Assembly: GCA_017473865.1 (NCBI GenBank)
Contig: JAFUJB010000016.1
Location: forward strand, 240,917-304,916
Length of the DNA stretch: 64,000 nucleotides
Reading direction: 5' to 3'
Source: Clostridia bacterium
GTDB lineage: Bacteria > Bacillota > Clostridia > Oscillospirales > CAG-272
Made by a program: the position numbers and the translations under genes. How positions within the stretch are numbered: position 1 is the stretch's first letter; each line of letters begins with the position of its first letter. Positions 17,475 to 25,250 of this stretch are shown piece by piece. The notes beneath the pieces were generated by a model. It did not search any database and was not told the DNA's origin. It worked only from the letters and a program-made list of their open reading frames with translations.

Positions 17475-18842
17475 GTGACATTATTCATGGACGCGGACGG
17501 GAATATATTGGGCTTGATTAAAGCTGATGCCAACCCTACAAGATTGGCAGTTCTTGCCCTATTATTCGTATTATTTGTTGCCGGAGGCGGTTATTTCGGA
17601 GGCTCTGAAAGCGCATTCTCGGCAATGAACAAGATTCGTATCAAATCCAAGGCTGAAAACGGTGATAAAAAGGCGAAAAACGCTGTATTCATCGCAAATA
17701 ATTTTGAAAAAGCTTTGACAACATTGCTTATCGGCAACAACATTACTCACATCGCGGCGGCATCTGTTGCAACACTTATTGCGGCAGAGCTGTTTGAAAT
17801 GACCGATGCTGTAACGTGGGCTTGTACCATTATTACTACGTTCATCGTATTTCTTTTCAGTGAGATGATTCCGAAAAGCTTTGCAAATGACAGAAGCGAA
17901 ACTACGGCTTTGCTTTTCTCAGGCTCTCTCAGATTTTTGATGAAGCTTCTGCTGCCCTTTGCCATATTCTTTGAATGGGTTTCGGGCTTGTTTATGAAGA
18001 TCGTGTCAAAATTTGTAAAGAGCGAGCAAAAACCCTCGATTACGGAAGAAGAGCTTTATGACATTATTGACACCATTGAAGAAGAGGGTGTAGTTGGTGA
18101 AGATCAGGGCGACTTGATGAAGTCGGCACTTGAATTTTCGGGAACAATGGCAAAAGACGTTATGACTATGAGAAACGATATATGCGCCATTGACGCCTCT
18201 CTTCCCAACGATAAGCTTCTTCAACTGATAAGAGAATCTGTTCACACAAGACTCCCCGTTTATGAAGGAGATCTGGATAACATTATCGGTGTAATTCAGA
18301 TCAGAACATACATAAAGGCGTACCTGAAAAATCCCGAGGTGGACATCAGAACGCTTTTGATGCCCGCATTCAAAGTAAGTCCCGATGCGATGATCGACGA
18401 CCTGCTTTCTGAAATGCGTCAGCATAAATTTTACCTCGGTGTCGTTGCCGAGGACGGCAAGACCCTCGGTCTTGTTACAATTGAAGACTTTCTTGAAGAG
18501 TTGGTTGGCGAGATCTGGGACGAAGACGATATCGTTGACAACGATTTTGTTAAGCTCGGCGGTAACAGAACTCAGGTCAACACCCATTTGAGAATGGGTG
18601 AGATCTACAGACGTTTGGGTGTAAACCTCAGACGTGCCGCAGACTATGACAGACCTATGCTTTCGATTGTAATCGAGCATTTCGGCAGAATTCCCGAAGA
18701 GGAAGAGGTTTTCATATACCGTAATATGGAAATTACAGTTGAAACTGTCGAAAACAACGTAATCAAAAACGTAATAATCAGGCTTCTTTCGCCTGCTGAA
18801 ATTGCAGAGCTGTCCGGCAGTAATACGCCGGCAGAGGTATAA
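17475..18842 (+). CDS. CNNM/HlyC-CorC family membrane protein (DUF21 + CBS pair + CorC_HlyC)
   Basis: 455 aa. N-terminal TM DUF21, a CBS pair, and a C-terminal transporter-associated domain. Confidence 0.85.
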   Translation: MTLFMDADGNILGLIKADANPTRLAVLALLFVLFVAGGGYFGGSESAFSAMNKIRIKSKAENGDKKAKNAVFIANNFEKALTTLLIGNNITHIAAASVATLIAAELFEMTDAVTWACTIITTFIVFLFSEMIPKSFANDRSETTALLFSGSLRFLMKLLLPFAIFFEWVSGLFMKIVSKFVKSEQKPSITEEELYDIIDTIEEEGVVGEDQGDLMKSALEFSGTMAKDVMTMRNDICAIDASLPNDKLLQLIRESVHTRLPVYEGDLDNIIGVIQIRTYIKAYLKNPEVDIRTLLMPAFKVSPDAMIDDLLSEMRQHKFYLGVVAEDGKTLGLVTIEDFLEELVGEIWDEDDIVDNDFVKLGGNRTQVNTHLRMGEIYRRLGVNLRRAADYDRPMLSIVIEHFGRIPEEEEVFIYRNMEITVETVENNVIKNVIIRLLSPAEIAELSGSNTPAEV

Positions 18843-18858
18843 AGGGGGCTGAAACAGT

Positions 18859-20193
18859 ATGGGAAATTATATTGTTATTTTAATAATGGTTATTCTCTCG
18901 GCTTGTTTCTCCGCTTCCGAGATATCTTTCAATACCGCAAACAAGATGCGTCTAAAGAAGGCGAGCGAGGAAGGCAAGAAGTCGGCAACACTTGCTTATA
19001 ATATTATAAACAAATTCAACACTGCACTTTCGGCAATTCTTATAGGTAACAACCTTGCTAATATTGCGGCGTCTACGTGCGCAACGGTAGTTGCAATGCA
19101 GCTTATTAAAGATGATGACTTGGCTTCGGTTGCTGCGACTGTCGTTATGACGGTTATAATTCTTATTTTCGGTGAGATCGTGCCGAAAATCGTTGCAAAA
19201 AACAATGCTGACGTTATGGTGCACTGGTTTGCATACGTAATTACGGTTGTTAAATTCATTCTATATCCTCTGGTATGGATTGTAATGGCTTTCATAAACC
19301 TGCTCAGCAGGCTGTGGGGCAAGGACGACGAGGATGCCCCGACGGTTACGGAAGAAGAGCTTTCTTCAATCCTTGAAACCGTTGAGGAAGAGGGTGTAAT
19401 TGACGAAGAAAAGAAAGAGCTTCTTCAGTCGGCAATCATATTCCCCGATACTACAGTTGAGGAGATTATGACGCCCAGAATCGATATGCTTGCATACGAC
19501 ATTACCCGTCCTCTTGAAACTCTGCACAGCATTGCGGAAGAATCGCGTTTTTCGCGTATTCCCGTGTTTGATGAATCTATCGACGAGATAATCGGCGTTC
19601 TTTACCTAAACCGTTACTACAGAAAAGTAACCGGCAGCGGAGTAAACAATAAGAGCGACCTTCGCAGACTTCTTATGGAGCCTTGCTTTATACATAAGAC
19701 AATGAAGCTCGACAGAGCGTTGAATATGCTTAGAGAGAGAAAGACACACCTTGCCATCGTTGTTGACGAATACGGAGGTACGATGGGTGTCGTAACTATC
19801 GAAGACATACTCGAAGAGCTTGTCGGTGAAATCTGGGACGAGTCTGACGAGATCGTAAATGAATTCACCAAGACGGGTAAGAACACATACGAAGTTTCGG
19901 GTGATATGAACATCGAAGACTTCTTTGAGGAGATCGAGTTTGAGCCCAAGGACTTTGAGTGCGAATATTCAACCATGGGCGGATGGGCAATTGAAATGCT
20001 TAACGCTGATCCGCACGTCGGCGATAACTTTACCTATTCAAACTATGACGAAGAGGAAGTTGACGACGATGATTACGAAGGGTATACCGAGCTTTACGTA
20101 ATCGTTTCGGGTATGGATGATATGCGTATAACCAAGCTTACCATTCTTGTAAGAAAGATTGAACCCGAAGAAAAAGAAAAGAATGAACAATAA
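18859..20193 (+). CDS. CNNM/HlyC-CorC family membrane protein (paralog of the upstream gene)
   Basis: 444 aa with the same architecture. Acidic C-terminal tail. Confidence 0.85.
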   Translation: MGNYIVILIMVILSACFSASEISFNTANKMRLKKASEEGKKSATLAYNIINKFNTALSAILIGNNLANIAASTCATVVAMQLIKDDDLASVAATVVMTVIILIFGEIVPKIVAKNNADVMVHWFAYVITVVKFILYPLVWIVMAFINLLSRLWGKDDEDAPTVTEEELSSILETVEEEGVIDEEKKELLQSAIIFPDTTVEEIMTPRIDMLAYDITRPLETLHSIAEESRFSRIPVFDESIDEIIGVLYLNRYYRKVTGSGVNNKSDLRRLLMEPCFIHKTMKLDRALNMLRERKTHLAIVVDEYGGTMGVVTIEDILEELVGEIWDESDEIVNEFTKTGKNTYEVSGDMNIEDFFEEIEFEPKDFECEYSTMGGWAIEMLNADPHVGDNFTYSNYDEEEVDDDDYEGYTELYVIVSGMDDMRITKLTILVRKIEPEEKEKNEQ

Positions 20194-20259
20194 TAATACG
20201 GCAGTATGCGTTCTTATCGCATACTGCCGTTTTGCTATATATTGTTACACGTAATAGGA

Positions 20260-21060
20260 CTATCTCATATCCTCAAAAACTTCTTTGATATTATTGTAGA
20301 CGTAAGTCGGTTTTACGTCGCTTTTTGCAAGGTCGTCAAGAGTACCTTCGCCCGAAAGCACGAATATGCTGTTTATGCCTGCATTCACACCGCAGGCAAT
20401 ATCGGTATACAGTCTGTCGCCGATAAGCACCGTTTCTTCTGGCGAAAAGCCCGTTTTTTCCATAGCAAGAAGAGCCATAGCAGGCTGGGGTTTACCGATA
20501 AAAATGGGGCGTTTTTTCGTTGCGTTGTATATCATCTCGCTTACAGAGCCGCAGTCGGGCACAAAGCCGTACCAAGTAGGGCACACCCAGTCGGGATTAG
20601 TGGCAATATAATCTATGTCGTTTTTCAGTAATATACACGCATCTTCGAGTTTTTGGAAAGTTAGCTCAGTATCAAAGCCCATACAGAGACAGTCAATTCC
20701 GTCCTCAATCTTATCGGTTATGTTTAGCCCTGCCGCATTTAGCTGTTCTTTAAAAGACGTCGTACCGAAAGCGTATATTTTGTTGTAGTCTTTCTTTTTT
20801 AGATGTAAAACCGTAGCGTTGGTAGACGTAAGAAAATCGTCGGCAACGCTTTCAATCCCGAGAGAAGCAAGTTTTTCAATATATTTGTCTACGCTTTTTG
20901 ATGAGTTATTGGTCAGGAACATATATTTACCGCCAATTTTTCTTATGTGTTCGAGAAAGTCTATAACACCGTCGAAAAGAGCGTTGTCAAGGTAAATCGT
21001 TCCGTCCATATCAAGTAAAAACAGTTTTAGTTTTTTGAGATCGTTCATAGAGTGCTCCAA
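20260..21060 (-). CDS. HAD-IIA family hydrolase (NagD/YutF-like sugar phosphatase)
   Basis: LLDMDGTIY motif I, FLTNNSS motif II. 266 aa. Confidence 0.85.
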   Translation of the reverse strand: MEHSMNDLKKLKLFLLDMDGTIYLDNALFDGVIDFLEHIRKIGGKYMFLTNNSSKSVDKYIEKLASLGIESVADDFLTSTNATVLHLKKKDYNKIYAFGTTSFKEQLNAAGLNITDKIEDGIDCLCMGFDTELTFQKLEDACILLKNDIDYIATNPDWVCPTWYGFVPDCGSVSEMIYNATKKRPIFIGKPQPAMALLAMEKTGFSPEETVLIGDRLYTDIACGVNAGINSIFVLSGEGTLDDLAKSDVKPTYVYNNIKEVFEDMR

Positions 21061-21209
21061 GTAATAAACTTTTGTTACTTTATAAATATAACATAAAATT
21101 TCGAAAAAGTAAATAACAGTAATAAGATGGTGTGTGGGCTTCGCCTACACACCATCTGCTGAATTCAAAATAATACAGAGTGTATGGTGCCCCATACACT
21201 CTGTATAAG

Positions 21210-21371
21210 TTATTGTTTATCTTGACCGTCCGGAAGGTGGCAACAAGAGCAGTTTTTGCCGCTGCAACCCGAACAGCCGATACATTTTGCGCCGTTTTTC
21301 TTTGCTCTTATAATGTATGCCAAAGCAAGACCGATTATAACGGCTACGATACCTAAAACTATATAGTCCAT
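21210..21371 (-). CDS. FeoB-associated Cys-rich small membrane protein
   Basis: 53-aa ORF that is not in the supplied ORF track: MDYIVLGIVAVIIGLALAYIIRAKKNGAKCIGCSGCSGKNCSCCHLPDGQDKQ. One TM helix followed by a Cys cluster. Immediately downstream of feoB. Confidence 0.6.
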   Translation of the reverse strand: MDYIVLGIVAVIIGLALAYIIRAKKNGAKCIGCSGCSGKNCSCCHLPDGQDKQ

Positions 21372-21390
21372 TTTGACTCCTGTAAAATAA

Positions 21391-23385
21391 TTATTTCGCT
21401 GCCTTTTTACCGCCTTTTATACAAAGTATAACAACTATTGCAGCCATAATTGCAACTGCAATTCCGCCGCCGATGGCACCGCCGATGTGGAGGGCAGAGG
21501 GGTTTACGATAAGAGTGCCGACTGTATATACAAGATAACCTATTGAAAAACCTGTACCGAGCTGTAATGCGATACCGCTCCACAGCCATTTTGCGCTCTT
21601 CATTTCCGAGTTCATAGCTCCGATAGCGGCAAAGCAAGGAGGACTGAAAAGGTTGAACATCAAGTATGCGAGAGCAGCCACTTTTGTTATCGCCATAATT
21701 CCGGCAGCTTCGGCACCGGCTCCTTCAATAAGAGAAAGCTCATCGCTGTTTATAAGATTTTCAAGGCCGACAAAGCATACTGCAAGTGTGCCTACTACGT
21801 TTTCTTTTGCAATAAATCCCGTAACTGCGGCAGCCGCAAGCTCCCAGGACAAAACGCCTACGATCGGTACTATTAAATATGCAAAGGGAGTAGCGATTGA
21901 GGCAAGTATTGACTGGTCTGCAGTTTCAGCAAGCTTTAAGTTCCAGCCGAACGTTTGCATGAGCTGTACGGCTGTATTACATACGAGAATGATTGTTGCT
22001 GCCTTTACTATAAATTCCCAACCGCGTGAGCACATAGATTTAGTCGCATTCCAAAGGCTTGGTAATTTATATTCGGGAAGTTCGATGATAAAGAACGATT
22101 TCTTTTTTCTGTTGCCTGTTATCTGATTGATGATAAGAGCGGCAAAGAAGATTATGATTATTCCGGCAAAGTACATCAAAGGTCCAACCCAGGGAGATTT
22201 TCCAAAGAACGTACCTGCAAAAAGCGAGATGACGGGGATTTTTGCACCGCAGGGCATAAATGGAGCGAGCATAACCGTCGCACGTCTTTCTCTTTCGTTG
22301 CGTATTGTACGGCAAGCCATAACGCCGGGGACAGCGCATCCCGTACCGATAACAAAGGGGATTACCGATTTGCCCGAAAGACCTACTTTTTTGAAAATGG
22401 GGTCAAGCACGACTGAAACACGCGCCATATATCCGCAGTCTTCAAGCAGAGCAATGAGGAAATACATAACCATAACGAGCGGTAAAAATCCGATTACCGC
22501 GATTACGCCGCCTACAACGCCGTCAATCAGAAGGGCATAAACGAAGTCGGAAACGTCGAGTGTCAACATCCATTCTCCGAGTGCTGTCTGAGCCTTCTCG
22601 AGAATAGCGGTTAGTCCATCTGCAATCCATGCGCCGAGACCTGCCTGAGAAACCCAGAAAACCGCAAACATTATAACGGCAAAAATCGGTATGCCGAGCC
22701 ACTTGTTTGTCAGAACAGAGTCGATTTTGTCCTGATAGTTTTTTGCGTTTGTATGTACTTTTCTCGTTTCGACCTGGGAAACTATGGCGTTCACAAATTC
22801 AAAGCGCTTTTTGTCGGCTTCAACGACAGATTCTTTGTTGTCAAAGTCAACGATATTTTCAACGTAGGGAGAAGATTGCCATTTACCCTTTTGTTCGAGT
22901 GCCGCTTTTACTACCTTTTTAATACCCGTGTTTTTCGACGACGTGGATACTGTCTTAATAACGGGACAGCCGAGCTTTTGAGAAAGGAGGGCGGCGTCAA
23001 TTTTGGTTTGCTTTTTTTCGTTAATATCTGCCTTGTTGAGAGCAACAACGACGGGAATACCGAGTTCAAGAAGCTGAGTTGTAAAGAAAAGACTTCTGCT
23101 CAGGTTTGTTGCGTCGACGATATTGAGTATTACGTCGGGCTTTTCGTTTGTTACGTATTCACTTGTAACCGATTCTTCGGAAGTGAACGGCGACATCGAA
23201 TATGCGCCCGGAAGGTCAACGATAACTATTTCGTCTTTTCCTGAATACAAACTTCTTTTAATGTTTCCTTCTTTTTTATCAACGGTAACACCCGCCCAGT
23301 TTCCGATTTTTTCATTTTTCCCGGTAAGGGCATTAAACATAGTTGTTTTTCCGCTGTTGGGGTTTCCTGCTAAGGCAATTCTCAT
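21391..23385 (-). CDS. feoB: Ferrous iron transporter FeoB
   Basis: G-protein domain RIALAGNPNSGKTTMFNALTG, then a polytopic permease. The start is taken at the ATG at 23383-23385, which has an AGGAG RBS. The ORF-track extension to 23451 has no RBS. Confidence 0.9.
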   Translation of the reverse strand: MRIALAGNPNSGKTTMFNALTGKNEKIGNWAGVTVDKKEGNIKRSLYSGKDEIVIVDLPGAYSMSPFTSEESVTSEYVTNEKPDVILNIVDATNLSRSLFFTTQLLELGIPVVVALNKADINEKKQTKIDAALLSQKLGCPVIKTVSTSSKNTGIKKVVKAALEQKGKWQSSPYVENIVDFDNKESVVEADKKRFEFVNAIVSQVETRKVHTNAKNYQDKIDSVLTNKWLGIPIFAVIMFAVFWVSQAGLGAWIADGLTAILEKAQTALGEWMLTLDVSDFVYALLIDGVVGGVIAVIGFLPLVMVMYFLIALLEDCGYMARVSVVLDPIFKKVGLSGKSVIPFVIGTGCAVPGVMACRTIRNERERRATVMLAPFMPCGAKIPVISLFAGTFFGKSPWVGPLMYFAGIIIIFFAALIINQITGNRKKKSFFIIELPEYKLPSLWNATKSMCSRGWEFIVKAATIILVCNTAVQLMQTFGWNLKLAETADQSILASIATPFAYLIVPIVGVLSWELAAAAVTGFIAKENVVGTLAVCFVGLENLINSDELSLIEGAGAEAAGIMAITKVAALAYLMFNLFSPPCFAAIGAMNSEMKSAKWLWSGIALQLGTGFSIGYLVYTVGTLIVNPSALHIGGAIGGGIAVAIMAAIVVILCIKGGKKAAK

Positions 23386-23514
23386 TGTTATTTCTCCTGT
23401 GTTGTACATAATGTACAAAAAAATTGTATATGTTTTTTGCGGTTTATGCACCTTGTTAGCGTAGGCTAACTGCGGTGCAAAAAATATGTGTTAGTCTCCG
23501 CTAACTACACGGAT

Positions 23515-23543
23515 ATATTAACACCTAATGCGAATTTTGTCAA
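23515..23543 (-). promoter_or_regulatory. Putative feoB promoter (TTGACA-17-TAATAT) followed by two palindromic operator-like sites
   Basis: On the minus strand: TTGACA aaattcgcattaggtgt TAATAT. Downstream of it lie the palindromes GTTAGTCTCCGCTAAC (23490-23505) and GTTAGCGTAGGCTAAC (23455-23470). Confidence 0.4.
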
Positions 23544-23647
23544 TAGTTTTTTGCAAAAAATTGAAAAAGGCAGTTAAAAACGTTAATACTGTTGTTAGGC
23601 AATAACTAACATACAAAACATATATAATCTGTTACAATTTTTGTTAG

Positions 23648-23908
23648 GTGGTGACTAATATGAGTGGTCTGAAAAATAACATTGAATTTGACAATGATAT
23701 TTACAACACTATTAGGCAAAACATAAAACGGTACCGAAAGGAAAAGGGGATTACATCCGCTGAATTAGCAGAGATGGCGGGGTTATCCCACGACTTTATA
23801 AGGCAATTACAAAGTAACAGTAAGAAGCCTTATAATTTTTCTGTAGAAACATTTTATAAAATTTCTGTTGTTTTAGACGTAAGTATGGATAAATTAATAG
23901 AAAAATAA
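23648..23908 (+). CDS. XRE-family HTH transcriptional regulator
   Basis: ITSAELAEMAGLSHDFIRQLQ. 86 aa. Confidence 0.75.
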   Translation: MVTNMSGLKNNIEFDNDIYNTIRQNIKRYRKEKGITSAELAEMAGLSHDFIRQLQSNSKKPYNFSVETFYKISVVLDVSMDKLIEK

Positions 23909-24004
23909 ACAGAAAAGACAACACCGGATATGTATATTTATATATTGTGTCGAAAAACACAAAATAATGACGTAAAAAAGATTTGCAAAGAAGGTTGAAT
24001 TTTT

Positions 24005-25249
24005 ATGTTTTTGTATATTGACCCCGGAACGGGAAGTATGCTTTTTACTGTTCTTATAGGTGTTATAGGTGCGGCAATATATTCTGCCCGTATGTTTATC
24101 CTCAAACTCCGTATGAAGCTGAGCAGAGGCAAGGCGAAGATTGAAGATAACAAAACGCCTTTCGTTATTTTTTCTGATAATAAGAGATACTGGTCGGTAT
24201 TTGAGCCGATTTGCAGGGAGATGGACAAGCGGGGTAAAGACGTTGTGTACCTTACCGCATCGGAAGATGATGCAGTATTCAGTTGCGGACTTGAGCACAT
24301 ACATCCCGAATTTATCGGTAATGGTAATAAGATGTATGCAAGACTCAACTATCTTAATGCAAATATCGTTCTTTCAACGACTCCGGGACTTGACGTATAT
24401 CAGTGGAAGCGTTCAAAGTCGGTTCAGTACTACGTTCACATTCCGCACGCGGCAAGCGAGATCATTCTTTACAGAATGTTCGGTATTGACTACTACGATG
24501 CCGTTCTCCTTTCGGGCGAATATCAGGCTAACGATATAAGAAAACTGGAAGAACTGCGCGGTTTGGCTCCAAAAGAGCTTTATAAAATAGGTATTCCGTA
24601 TATGGACGTAATGGCGGAAAGACTTAAGAAAGAAGGCCCTTCTCCCGAGGGAGAAAGAACAGTACTTCTAGCACCCTCTTGGGGTAAGAGTGCGATATTC
24701 AGCGTATACGGCGGCAAGATAATCGACGTGTTGCTCAAAACGGGCTATCACATAGTCGTGCGTCCTCATCCGCAGTCGTTTACTTCCGAAAAGGATATGA
24801 TCGAAAAGCTGATGAAGGAATATCCCGAAAGCGAACAGCTCGAGTGGAACAGAGATACCGATAATTTTGACGTATTGCGCCGCTCGGATATACTTATTTC
24901 AGACTTTTCGGGCGTAATATTTGATTTTACACTCGTATATGACAAACCCGTAATATATACAGACCCCGATTTCGATCTTAGCCCCTATGACGCATGGTGG
25001 CTTAAACAACCGCTGTGGACAGTATCGGCATTGCCCAGACTCGGATGCAGACTGACCGAAGAGAATATGGAAAATCTGCGCGATGTAATTGATGAGTGCA
25101 TAGCAGACCCAAAGTACGCGCAGGGCAGAGCAGAGGTAAAGGCTGAAACGTGGGAGTATTATTCTGAGGGAGCTGTCCGTACGGTTGACTACCTTTTGAA
25201 TAAATACGACGAATTAACCAAAGACGAAGTAAAGAAGGATTCGAAATAA
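24005..25249 (+). CDS. CDP-glycerol glycerophosphotransferase (TagF/TagB family)
   Basis: N-terminal TM segment. Glyphos_transf-like motifs VLLAPSW…, HIVVRPHPQ, ILISDFSGVIFDF. Confidence 0.7.
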   Translation: MFLYIDPGTGSMLFTVLIGVIGAAIYSARMFILKLRMKLSRGKAKIEDNKTPFVIFSDNKRYWSVFEPICREMDKRGKDVVYLTASEDDAVFSCGLEHIHPEFIGNGNKMYARLNYLNANIVLSTTPGLDVYQWKRSKSVQYYVHIPHAASEIILYRMFGIDYYDAVLLSGEYQANDIRKLEELRGLAPKELYKIGIPYMDVMAERLKKEGPSPEGERTVLLAPSWGKSAIFSVYGGKIIDVLLKTGYHIVVRPHPQSFTSEKDMIEKLMKEYPESEQLEWNRDTDNFDVLRRSDILISDFSGVIFDFTLVYDKPVIYTDPDFDLSPYDAWWLKQPLWTVSALPRLGCRLTEENMENLRDVIDECIADPKYAQGRAEVKAETWEYYSEGAVRTVDYLLNKYDELTKDEVKKDSK

Positions 25250-25250
25250 A

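Noticed and set aside
20206-20631. 141-aa plus-strand ORF overlapping the HAD hydrolase gene
   Set aside because: It is antisense to a gene with clear HAD motifs I-III, and it has no RBS.
23386-23451. 22-aa N-terminal extension of feoB in the ORF track
   Set aside because: It has no RBS. The conserved FeoB G-domain begins at the internal Met, which has an AGGAG RBS.
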